From the NCBI RefSeq assembly GCF_030028105.1, contig NC_092372.1:69878034-69942033 (forward strand): a DNA stretch of 64,000 nucleotides, read 5' to 3'. Positions within the stretch are counted from its first letter, which is position 1; every line of letters begins with the position of its first letter. Below are positions 12,130 through 24,107 of the stretch, piece after piece. Both the position numbers and the translations under genes were made by a program. This stretch comes from Mobula birostris (Eukaryota). Below the pieces are notes generated by a model. That model did no database searches and had not been told where the DNA came from. It saw only the letters and a program-made list of their open reading frames with translations.

Positions 12130-15100
12130 TTTATCCAACCAAGACTTCCTGGTTCCTGCAAAGCTACAGGACCTGTGCCTCTGTACCTCTCACTGCAACT
12201 GGATCCTTGAGTTCCTAACTAGATCACAAACTATGTTGATTCAAAATAACATCACCACCTTACTGACAATCAACACTGGTGCACCTCAGGGGTGTGTGCT
12301 TGACCCACTGCTCTACTCTCTCTATACCCATGACTGTGTGTTTAGGCGTAGCTCAAATACTATCTATAAATTTGATACAACCATTGTTGGCAGAATCTCA
12401 GGTGGACTTCAGAAAGGGTAAGAAAACACACACCAGTTCTCAGAGGGATTAACAGCAGAGAAAGTGAACAATTTCAAGTTCCTGGTGTTAATATCTGACG
12501 ACCTAACCTGGTCCCAACATATCAATGCAGCTATAAAGGCGGCAAGACAACGGCTATATTTCATGAGGAGTTTGAGGAGATCTGGGATGTCATCTGAAAC
12601 ACTCGCACATTTCTACAGATGTACCGTGGAAAGCATTCTAACTAGCTGCTTCACTGTCTGGTATGGGGTTGGGGGGGAGGAACTGCACAGGATTGAAGTA
12701 GGCTGCAGAGAGTTGTACAATTAGTCAGCTCCATCGTGGGCACTAGCCTCTGCAGTATCCAAGACAGCTTCAAGAAGCAGTGCCTCGAAAAGGCGGTATT
12801 CATCATTAAGGGCCTCCAACACCCAGGACATGCCCTCTTCTCATTGTTACTGTCAGGAAGGAGGTACACAGGCCTGAAGGCACACACTCAGTGATTCAGG
12901 AATAGCTTCTTCTCCCCTACCATCGATTTCTGAATGGACATTGAACCCATGACATATACTTAGGGTAACTCACAGTTTTTCCCCCTGTGCTATCATATAC
13001 TGCACTGTACTGTTGCTGCAAAGTTAACAAATGTCATGATACATGCCGGTGCCGGTGATATTAAACCTGATTCTGGTTCCGATTTCCAATAAGCAGAAAT
13101 GTTTGGAACTCTTCACATCAAAAGATTAGGAGAATGAGCAAAGAAGTGGCAGAGGGAAGCGTATGGTCATGCATTTTGGTAGAAGAAATAAAAGCATAGA
13201 CTATATTGTAAACAGGGAGCACATTCAAAAATCAGAGGTGCAAAGGGACCTAATACAGGATCCCCTGAAGTTTAACTTGCAGGTAGAGTCAGTAGTAAGG
13301 AAGGTTAGCATTCATTTTGCGAGGACTAGAATATAGTTATGCTGAGATCTTATAATATTTGGAGTATTGTGAGCTGTTTTCTGCTCCATATCTAAGAAAA
13401 GATGTGCTGGCTTTGAAAAGGGTGCAGAAGAGGTTTACAAGAATGATCCTGGGAATGAAAAGGTTGAGGTATGTGCAGTGTTTGGGCCGTAACTCGCTGG
13501 AGTTTAGAATAATGAGGATAATTGGGGAAAGCATCTCATTGAAACGTATTGAATATTGAAAGGCCTACATAAAGTGGATATGGAGAGAATGTTTTCTATA
13601 ATGGGAGTGTCTAGGACCAGAGAGTACAGCCTCAGAATAGAAGGACATCCCTTTGGAACAGAGATGAGGAAGAATTTCTTTTGACAGAGATTGGTGAATC
13701 TATGTAATTCATTGTCACATACAGCAGTAAAGGTCAAGTTACTGGATGTATCTTATTGATAATACTTCATTAGTAAGGGTGGGTCAAAGGTTACAGGGAG
13801 AAGGCAGGAGAATGGGGTTGAGAGGAAAAGATAGCTGAATGTCTTTAGCGTTTGGTTTGGCGCACAAACCTAAGTGCTGGGGAGGGAGGTCTCCCTCCCC
13901 CAAGGAGCAGGTACTCTGTCTGACCACAGCTGATGTGAGGAAGACCCTCGCCAGGGTTAACCCACGTAAAGCTACGACGCCTGATAACATACCTGATCAG
14001 GTGCCGAGGGATTATGCAGTCCAGGTAACAGATATTTTAACAAAAGGATAGACATCTTCAACATCTCTCTGGAACATTTCTGTGTCCCTTCATACTTCAA
14101 GGCAGCCACCATCATCCCGGTGCGCAAGGAGGTGACAGAAACCTGCCTCAGCGACTACTGTCTAGTGGCACTGACCTCAACAATAATGAAATGCTTTCAG
14201 CAGCTGGTTACGGATTGCATTAAATCTCATCTTCCTGCCACATTGGACCCTTTCCAGTTTGCTTATCCCTCAAATCGATCCACTGATGAAGTCATAGCCT
14301 CTGCTTTCCACTCCGTCCTGTCCCACCTGTAAAATCATGCCTCACGTGCCAGGATGCTGCTAATCAACTTCAGCTTGGCGTTTGATATGATCATCCCTCG
14401 GAAGCTGGTGGGTAAAATGAACTCATTGTGTCTCAACACCACTTTGTAACTGGATCCTGGATTTCTTCATAGAAAGCCTCAGCGACTCCATATTGACAGT
14501 AACTTCTCTAGCTCCATCACGCTGAACACTGGCGCTCCCCAGGGCTGCAAGCTCAAGCCTGCTGCTATTCACGTTGCTGATGCATGAGTGTACTGCTAGA
14601 TCCAGTTCAAACTGAATCAAATTCGCTGACTTAACAGTGTCTGGCTTCATCAACGACGACAAGGAGACTGTGTATGGAGAGAAGGTGGAGCAGCTGGTAG
14701 AGTGGTACGAGCACAACAGCTTGAGTCTCAGTGTGGATAAGACCAAAGGACTTGCTGATCACCCCTCACTGCATATACCCGGCTCCTCTGTGGGAGCACC
14801 AACACCAAGTTTCTGAGAGTGTGCACGTAACAGACAATTTCACCTGCTCCCTCAAGGCCACCTCTTTGGTCAAGAAAGCACAGCGTCATCTCCATTTCCC
14901 GAGGAGGGTGAAGATCCCTCCCCAAAATTCTAACCAATTTTTTACAGGAGCACCATACAGGAATTGCAAGGCACCTGATTGTGAAAACTGCTGAGAGGAT
15001 CACTGGGATTGCTCTTCCACCCATCAGAGATATTTATCAGGAGCGCTATGTTGACAGGGCCGTTAGCATTGTCAATCACCCCTCCCATCTGTCCAACGAT

Positions 15101-16455
15101 CTCGTTGACCTGCTACAATCAGGCAGGAGGTACCGCAGCATTAGGACAAGAACTCTGAGGATGGAGAGCAGTTTCCTTCCTCCAGGCTGTAAGACTACTG
15201 AACTCCCTGCCACCACACAGGTCTCATCATACATGAGGCGTCAGTAGCGTTTAACTTTCAGCTCGTGTTGGAAGTGCATCTTATTATTTGTTACTTTATT
15301 TGTGGTGATATTACTTTCTGTGTACGTGTGTGAGTTATATGCACTGTGTTGTGCTACTTGGTCTGGAGGAACGTTGTTTTATTTGGTGGTACACAGGTGT
15401 ATGGGTGAATGACAATAAACTGAACTTGAAATTAGCCATGACCGAATGGCAGAGCAAACTCAATGGGCTGAATGGCCTAATTCAGATCCTGTCCTATTAT
15501 GATCTTACCATGGTATGGACCAACAGATGAACATCTCCTCGCAGACAAAGGTGCAATTTGGGGATGTATGCTTAACCACTGCTCTACTCTCTCAACTCAC
15601 GATTGTTCAAATGCCATCTATAAACTCACCGATGACACCACAGTTGTTGGCAGAAATTTAGATGGTGATGAAAATTCATACGTAAGTGAGTTAGATCGAT
15701 TAGTGGTGTCGCAACAACAATCTTACACTCAACATCAGCAAGACCAAGGAATTCATTGTGAACTTCATGAATAGGAAATCTGGAGAACACACGCCAGTCA
15801 TCATTGCAGCTTCAAGTTCCTGGGCGTCAATATGTCAGAGGATAATCCTGGGCCAGCATATTGATACAATCACAATGTTGTGCTTCATTTGAGTTTGAGG
15901 AGATTCATTATGTCACCGAAGTCTCTTGTAGATTTCTGTAGATCTACAATCAACTGCAATCAGCTGGCTGCGTCACAGCCCAGTGTGGAGGCTCCAATGC
16001 ACAGAAGGACAAGCAGCTGCCGACTCAGCCAGCTCCATCACAGTCACAACCCTCCCCACCACCGAGATTGCCTTCAAAAGGTGGTGCCTCAAGAAGGCGG
16101 CATCCATGACCAAGGATTCCCACCATCCAGGGCAGGCGTGCCTCTTCTTTTCCCTACCACTGGGGAGGAGGTACAGCAGCCAGACTAACACTCACTCAGT
16201 GACTTAGGAACAGTGGAGGAGGTGGTACATGAGCCAGCAGACTAACACTCACTCAGTGATTTAGGAACAGCTCCTTTCGTCTCCACCACCACGTTTTTCA
16301 ATGGCCCATGAAATCCATGAACACCATATCAAATTTTCTTTTCTTTACACTATTTTTGTAAGTTATAGTATTTTTGTATATTTGCACTGTATTGCTGCAC
16401 AAAGCAACACAATTATAAAATACACCAGTCAGAGATTATAAATCTGATTCTGAAC
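12130..16455 (+). mobile_element. Cluster of LINE fragments: Rex1/Babar (12130-13080, 13870-15430, 15550-16455) and CR1 (13120-13830)
   Basis: NTGAPQGCVLDPLLYSLYTHDC, YCLVALTSTIMKCF, LDPFQFAY, EYCELFSAPYLRKDVLALKRVQKRFTRMI; many stops. Confidence 0.75.
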
Positions 16456-17047
16456 TGACGTCATCCACACCTTTCCTACAATTCCACTTTTCTCTATCAA
16501 AGTTCCCACACTTGAAAGTCATATTTTTTTGAAAGTTAGTTAAATATATGGACCCCGGGGTGAAAATTATTGTGTAAGTATCTATTTTTCTTCTTTGCAA
16601 AACAGAAACTTGTCAAGCAGCAAAAGATTAATAACAACTAGACAGCAAGCCAGCCAAGCCGAGGAGAAGCTCTGGAATCCCAGGATAGTGAACTTGGAAT
16701 AGAGCGGAGAATGAACTGAAGCACCTACAGAAGGGTAAAATATATGCACTGGCAGGTTAAAGAGCTTTTTTTGAATCGGCTTAGTGCAAGTGAGTCAGTG
16801 TAGCACGAAAGAGTGTGGATTATGGGGAAATAAGAGGTGACATACAAGACTGACGGAAGTGTTCATTGCAGCAGGTGTAAACCAGAAGGGCGGAATGGTC
16901 TCCCCGTTTTGTAACACATTCAAACCCCGCATATTCCCATCCATGTCCCAGACTCTTCGCCTCCCTGACGTTCTCCAACCCTGGATAAATTCCCAATTTC
17001 CCTCTTTTCCCCACCGCAACCATTCCCACCCCCGGCCACAGCCTCAC

Positions 17048-17092
17048 ACAAACCGGTCCCAGGCGACCACCGCCGAGCAGGAGCCACTTCAT
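17048..17092 (-). CDS. LIAS: Probable lipoyl synthase coding exon 1 (MKWLLLGGGRLGPVC; an alternative donor after ...LGP would end it at 17054)
   Basis: ATG in good context (gcggacATGA) in a CpG-rich region; phase-0 donor (gtgagg or gtttgt) matches phase-0 exon 2; 45 coding nt and 'LGP' resemble human exon 1; compatible with a mitochondrial presequence. Similarity is weak. Confidence 0.6.
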
Positions 17093-17213
17093 GTCCGCCA
17101 CCGACACAACGACGTGGAAAATCACTGACAATCTTCAGCGACAATACTGTGACCGACCTCCACACAGACGAGACCTGTTCTCGGCCGCGACAATACTGCG
17201 GCTGCGTTCGTCC

Positions 17214-19500
17214 TCCAGTGACAGCGCCGACCACCGGCCCTAACAGTACTGCGAGTAGTCGCCAGTGACAGCGCCGACCACCGGCCCTAACTGCACTGCG
17301 TGTGGTCGCCAGTGACAGCGCCGACCACCGGCCCTAACAGTACTGCGAGTAGTCGCCAGTGACAGCGCCGACCACCGGCCCTAACTGCACTGCGAGTAGT
17401 CGCCAGTGACAGCGCAGACCACCAGCCCAAACAGTACTGCGTGTGGTCGCCAGTGACAGCGCCGACCACCGGCCCTAACTGCACTGCGAGTAGTCGCCAG
17501 TGACAGCGCCGACCACCGGCCCTAACTGCACTGCGAGTAGTCGCCAGTGACAGCGCCGACCACCGGCCCTAACAGTACTGCGAGTAGTCGCCAGTGACAG
17601 CGCCGACCACCGGCCCTAACTGCACTGCGTGTGGTCGCCAGTGACAGCGCCGACCACCGGCCCTAACAGTACTGCGAGTAGTCGCCAGTGACAGCGCCGA
17701 CCACCGGCCCTAACTGCACTGCGTGTGGTCGCCAGTGACAGCGCAGACCACCGGCCCTAACAGTACTGCGTGTGGTCGCCAGTGACAGCGCCGACCACCG
17801 GCCCTAACTGCACTGCGAGTAGTCGCCAGTGACAGCGCCGACCACCGGCCCTAACAGTACTGCGTGTGGTCGCCAGTGACAGCGCCGACCACCGGCCCTA
17901 ACTGCACTGCGAGGAGTCTCTAGTGATAGCGCCACCCCCTGGCCCTAACAGTACTGCGTGTGGTCTCCAGTGACAGCGCCGCCCCCTGGCCCTAACAGTA
18001 CTGCGTGTGGTCTCCACTGACAGCGCCGCCCCCTGGCCGTAACCGCACTGCGAATCGTCTCCAGTGACAGCGCAGACCACCGGCCCTAACAGTACTGCGT
18101 GTGGTCGCCAGTGACAGCGCAGACCACCGGCCCTAACAGTACTGCGTGTGGTCGCCAGTGACAGCGCCGACCACCGGCCCTAACAGTACTGCGTGTGGTC
18201 GCCAGTGACAGCGCAGACCACCGGCCCTAACAGTACTGCATGTGGTCGCCAGTGACAGCGCCGACCACCGGCCCTAACTGCACTGCGAGTAGTCTCCAGT
18301 GACAGCGCCGCCCCCTGGCCCTAACAGTACTGCGTGTGGTCTCCAGTGACAGCGCCGCCCCCTGGCCCTAACAGTACTGCGTGTGGTCTCCAGTGACAGC
18401 GCCGACCACCGGCCCTAACAGTACTGCGTGTGGTCGCCAGTGACAGCGCAGACCACCGGCCCTAACAGTACTGCATGTGGTCGCCAGTGACAGCGCCGAC
18501 CACCGGCCCTAACTGCACTGCAAGTAGTCTCCAGTGACAGCGCTGCCCCCTGGCCCTAACAGTACTGCGTGTGGTCTCCAGTGACAGCGCCGCCCCCTGG
18601 CCCTAACAGTACTGCGTGTGGTCTCCAGTGACAGCGCCGCCCCCTGGCCCTAACAGTACTGCGTGTGGTCTCCACTGACAGCGCCGCCCCCTGGCCGTAA
18701 CCGCACTGCGAATCGTCTCCAGTGACAGCGCTGCCCCCTGGCCCTAACAGTACTGCGTGTGGTCACCAGTGACAACGCCGACCACCGGCCCTAACAGTAC
18801 TGCGTGTGGTCTCCAGTGACAGCGCCAACCACCGGCCCTAACCGCACTGTGAGTAGTCTCCAGTGACAGCGCCGCCCCCTGGCCCTAACTGCACTGCGAA
18901 TCATCTCCAGTGACAGCGCCGCCCCCTGGCCCTAACAGTACTGCGTGTGGTCGCCAGTGACAGCGCCGACCACCGGCCCTAACCGCACTGCGAGGAGTCT
19001 CTAGTGATAGCGCCACCCCCTGGCCCTAACCGCACTGCGAGTAGTCTCCAGTGACAGCGCCACCCCTGGCCCTAACCGCACTGCGAGTAGTCTCCAGTGA
19101 CAGCACTGCCCCCTGGCCCTAACAGTACTGCGAGTTGTCTCCAGTGACAGCGCCACCCCTGGCCCTAACCGCACTGCGAGTAGTCTTCAGTGACAGCACT
19201 GCCCCCTGGCCCTAACAGTACTGCGAGTTGTCTCCAGTGACAGCGCCACCCCCTGGCCCTAACCGCACTGTGAATCGTCTCCAGTGACAGCGCCACTCCC
19301 TGGCCCTAACCACACTGCGAATCGTCTCCCGTGACAGCGCCACCCCCTGGCCCTAACAGTACTGTGTGTGGTCTCCAGTGACAGCGCTACCCCTTGGCCC
19401 TAACCGCACTGCGAATAGTCTCCAGTGACAGTGCTGCCCCCCTGGCCCTAACCACACTGCGAGTAGTCTCCAGTGACATCGCCACCCCCTGGCCCTGACA
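17214..19500. repeat. GC/CpG-rich 47-bp minisatellite, about 48-49 copies
   Basis: Unit gccagtgacagcgccgaccaccggccctaacagtactgcgagtagtc (period 47, e.g. 17261 to 17308); variants change progressively from left to right. Confidence 0.97.
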
Positions 19501-20131
19501 TCACTGCGGCTACCGGCAGCGCCCCCGGTCACAGTATCACGCTCTAGCCCTGACCACCTTTTTATGTCATCGGGCTCTGATGACAATAACAGCTACCAGC
19601 TGCACCTCCAGTGACAATGTCGCTATGTGGTGGGAGCTGATTAATACAAAACGCGAGGTTCTCTTGGATTGGAAGATCCAAAGGAAAAGAACTGTGGCCA
19701 AGGAGTAGCCACTTCATGTCAACTATTGAAGCAGTGACACAGTGAACAACCAGTGCTGCTGCAATGATAGATAGCACATGGGCAGATATCCAGCACCAAT
19801 CTTATGTCCTTAACAATGGACAGTGCGTAGAATGAGCACAGGAGGCCCAGCAGTTCAATGGCAACCATGACTTCTTCCAATTTATTTTACTGCACTAATA
19901 TGTTGTTGGTGAGGCCCCACCTCTTGGGACTACTGTGTGTACAGTTTGGCCACAAGGGGTTGCAAACTCAGCCGGCTCCATCATGAGCACTGCTCTCCCC
20001 ACCACCAAAGAGATCTTCAAAAGGCAACATCAATCATTAAGGACCCCCAACACCCAGGACATGCCCTCTACTCATTGCTAGCACCAGGGAGGAGGTACAG
20101 GAGCCCAAAGACACACACCAATGTTTAATGA

Positions 20132-21274
20132 GGCTTTTCATTCTAGGACGAGGGAGATGTCTTCCTTTTTTAAAGAAGGGGGCTTCTCTTCCTCCACTAT
20201 CAACTCTGCTCTTGAACGCATCTCCCCCATTTCACGTACATCTGCTCTCACTCCATCCTCTCGCCACCCCACTAGGAATAGGGTTCCCCTGGTCCTCACC
20301 TACCACCCCACCAGCCTCCAGGTCCAACATATTATTCTCCGTAACTTCCGCCACCTCCAACGGGATCCCACAACTAAGCACATCTTTCCCTCCCCCCTCT
20401 CTCTGCATTCCGCAGGGATCACTCCCTACACAACTCCCTTGTCCATTCGTCCCCCCCATCCCTCCCCACTGATCTCCCTCCTGGCACTTATCCGTGTAAG
20501 CGGAACAAGTGCTACACATGCCCTTACACTTCCTCCCTTACCACCATTCAGGGCCCAAACAGTCCTTCCAGGTGAGGCAACACTTCACCTGTGAGTCGAC
20601 TGGGGTGATATACTGCGTCCGGTGCTCCCGATGTGGCCTTTTATATATTGGCGAGACCCGACGCAGACTGGGAGACCGCTTTGCTGAACATCTACGCTCT
20701 GTCCGCCAGAGAAAGCAGAATCTCCCAGTGGCCACACATTTTAATTCCACATCCCATTCCCATTCTGACATGTCCATCCATGGCCTCCCCTACTGTAAAG
20801 ATGAGGCCACACTCAGGCTGGAGGAACAACACCTTATATTCCGTCTGGGTAGCCTCCAACCTGATGGCATGAACATCGACTTCTCAAACTCCCCCTCGTA
20901 TCCCATCTGTTACTCATTTTTATGCACACATTCTTTCTCTCACTCTCCTTTTTCTCCCTCTGTCTCTCTGAATATACCTCTTGCCCATCCTCTGGGTCCC
21001 CCCCCCCTTGTCTTTCTTCCCGGACCTCCTGTCCCATGATCCTCTCGTATCCCCTTTTGCCTATCACCTGTCCAGCTCTTGGCTCCATCCCTCCCCCTCC
21101 TGTCTTCTCCTATCATTTTGGATCTCCCCCTCTCCCTCCAACTTTCAAATCCCTTACTCACTCTTCCTTCAGTTAGTCCTGACGAAGGGTCTCGGCCTGA
21201 AACGTCGACTGTACCTCTTCCTACAGATGCTGCCTGGCCTGCTGCGTTCACCAGCAACTTTGATGTGTGTTGCT
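20132..21274 (+). mobile_element. Penelope-like retroelement 3' part with GIY-YIG endonuclease
   Basis: GVIYCVRCSRCGLLYIGETRRRLGDRFAEHL...VATHFN; flanked by TSD ccaatgtttaatga (20118-20131 and 21275-21288); inserted in a Rex1 3' end. Confidence 0.9.
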
Positions 21275-21734
21275 CCAATGTTTAATGAACTGTTTTTGCT
21301 CTCTACTTGCTCTACTGTACCTGTGTTCATTAATTTATGCTTTAGATATCTATAATTGTAATTTATAGTTTGTTTTTATGTTCTGCACTGTACTGCTGCC
21401 ACAAAACAACAAATTTCACAGCATATGTCACTGATTTTAAAACTAATCCTGATTCTGATTCTCTGGCTCTCCCTGCTCTGCTTAGAGGTCCTAGACAACA
21501 GTAAAACATACATCAAGCTACTGTCAATTGCGGCTCAGCATTCAACACTATCATCCCCTCAGTACTAACTCTAACTCTGAACAATTGTACCTTCCTCCGC
21601 AACTGTATCCTCATCTTCCTTATCAGCAGACCATAGTTAATATGGACAAATAGATAGATAGATACTTTACTGATCCTAAAGGAAATTAACATGTCACAGT
21701 AGCAGCAGAAGTGCACAGATGTAAATATTAGCAG

Positions 21735-23220
21735 ATAAGAATAAAAATAAGTTACCTCGAACAGTCTAACGGGAGGGGGTCATCAGTTCCTTGGCTATAG
21801 GTTGACTCATTATAGAGCCTAATGGCCGAGGGCAACAATGACCTCATATAGTGCTGTTTGGATCAGCACAATTGTCTTAGTTTATTACTAAAAGTGCTCC
21901 TCTGTGGCATACAGAGGGTGAGAAACATTGTCCAGAATTGCCAGGATTCTCCATAGGGTTCTTTGTTCCACCACAGCCTCCAGTGTCCAGTTTGACTCCT
22001 ATAACAGAGCCAGCCTTTCTAGTCAGTTCATTGAGTCTGTTGGCATCACCTGTGTTGATGCCATTGCCCCAGCACACCACTATATAGAAGGTTGTCCTGG
22101 CAACAACATAGTGGTAGAACATATGAAGGAGAGGCCTGCATTCTCCGAAGGATCCCAGTCTCCTCAGGAAGTAGAGGTGACTCTGGCCCTTCTTGTACAC
22201 AGCCTCTGTGTTGGCGATCCACTCAAGTCTGTCATCCAGGTGCATCCCCAGAAATTGTAGGTCCTCACCACATCCACGTCCTCACCATCAATAGTAACAG
22301 GGAGCAGTGCAGATCTAGTCTCCCTAAAGTCCATCACCATCTCCTGTGTCTGACTGATGTTGAGCTGCAGATGATTCAGCTTGCATCATTCGACAAAGTC
22401 CTCCACCAGGGCCCTGTATTCATCCTCCCATCCTCCCTTTATACTCTCAACTATCTAGTTATATAGAGAATTTCTGTAGATGACATGACTCAGCGTTGTA
22501 TCTAAAGTCTGATGTATGCAGGATAAACAGGAAGGGAGCCAATACAGTCCCCTGTGGGGCCCCAGTGCTGTTTATAGCCATGTCTGACACACAGCTCTGA
22601 AGCTGCACAGACTGTGGTCTGTCATTCAGGTAGTCCATTATCTAGGATACAATGGAAGAGCCAACCTGCATTGAAGAAAGCTTTTCCCCCAGCAATGAGA
22701 AATCACAAAAATCACAATCCCCACAATGCTTCCCTGCTTATCCAAACGGGAGTAGGCTCTGTTCAGTGGGTAGATGACAGTATTGCCAACTCCAATGTGC
22801 TTCTGGCAGGCAAACAACAAGAGATCAAAGGCTGATCTGACCAGGGGTCGGAGGTGAGCCAGGACCAGCCTCTCTCGGGTCTTTACGATGTGTGAGATCA
22901 GGGCCACTGGATGCTAGTCATTCAAAACTTTTGGTCAGCCCTACTTGGGTACTGGGATTACACGTGATGTTTGCCACACAGTCCGGACCCTTTCCAGGCT
23001 GAGACTCAGACTGAAAATGGGCTGGAGAACTCCACACAGCTGCTCAGCACACTCCCTCAGGACCCTAGGGTTCACACCATCCGGTCCCGGTGCTTTGTCA
23101 TGTCTGAATTTCCCCAAAGCCCTTCCCACCTGCTCAGTGGTGAAGGTGAGTCCATGGTGACTGGGGAGTTGATGGAAGGTGGGGGCTGGAGGAGAAGATT
23201 GGTGATAACGACTTCTCACT
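21735..23220 (-). mobile_element. Rex1/Babar LINE RT region, degenerate
   Basis: KAPGPDGVNPRVLRECAEQLCG, ALISHIVKTRERL, YKKGQSHLYFLRRL. Confidence 0.8.
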
Positions 23221-23229
23221 GACAATCAA

Positions 23230-24105
23230 CCCAGGCTCTCCTCAAGGATACTTGCTTAGCCCACTGCTTTCTACTCTGTCTACATTCATGACCGTATGGC
23301 TAAGCACAGCTCAAATGCCATCTGTAAACTGGCAGATGACACTACTGTTGTTGTCAAAACCTCGGACAGCAATGAGGAATTGTACAGGAGTGAGATATAT
23401 TTGCTGACTGACTGAGTGGTGTTGCAATAACAGTCTTGCACTCGATGTCATCACGACCAAGGAATTGACTGTAGTCTTCAGGAAGGTGAAGTGGGGAGGT
23501 CACGCATCCATCCTCATCAAAGGGTCACCACTGGAAAGTTCCTGGGCGTCGCTTGGGATTTCTCCTGGACCTGACACAATCACGAAGAAGGCACAGTAAC
23601 GGCTGTACTTCATTTAGTTTTATCACGTCACCAAAGGCTGTTACATATTTGTACAGTGGAGAGCGTTCTGACTGGCTGCGTCACGGCCTGGTATGGAGGC
23701 TGAAATGCACAGGATCACAGGAGGCTGCAAAGGGTTATGGGCTCAGCAAGTCCATCATGGGAACAGCATTCCCTGCCATCAAGGACACGTGTAGGAAGTG
23801 GTGCCTCGAGAAGACAGCATCCATTGTTAAGAACCCCCACCACGTGAGCCAGGACCTCTTCTCATTACTAGCATCAGAGCAGAGGTACAGGGGCATGAAG
23901 ATCCCCTCAACAATTCAGAAACAGTTCTTCCCTTCCGCCGTCAGATTTCTGAAGAGTCCATGAACTGACACACACTATTCCTTTGTGTTGTGCTGTTCAT
24001 TTATTTCACAATTCATTGTAATTTTTTGTCTCTGGCCTGCTCTGCTGCCAGAAAACAGCAAAGTTCACACCAAATAAGACAATGCTAATAAACCTGATTC
24101 TGAAA
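23230..24105 (+). mobile_element. Rex1/Babar LINE 3' fragment
   Basis: PQG..LSPLL, KLADDTTVV and the family 3' tail (ctgattctga). Confidence 0.7.
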
Positions 24106-24107
24106 TC

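Noticed and set aside
16165-16272. ~50-bp local tandem duplication
   Set aside because: Lies inside a decayed Rex1 LINE tail; ordinary slippage.
17214-19500. CRISPR array or repeat-encoded protein
   Set aside because: Units are contiguous with no unique spacers, the context is vertebrate with no cas genes, the 47-bp period is not a multiple of 3 and stop codons recur.
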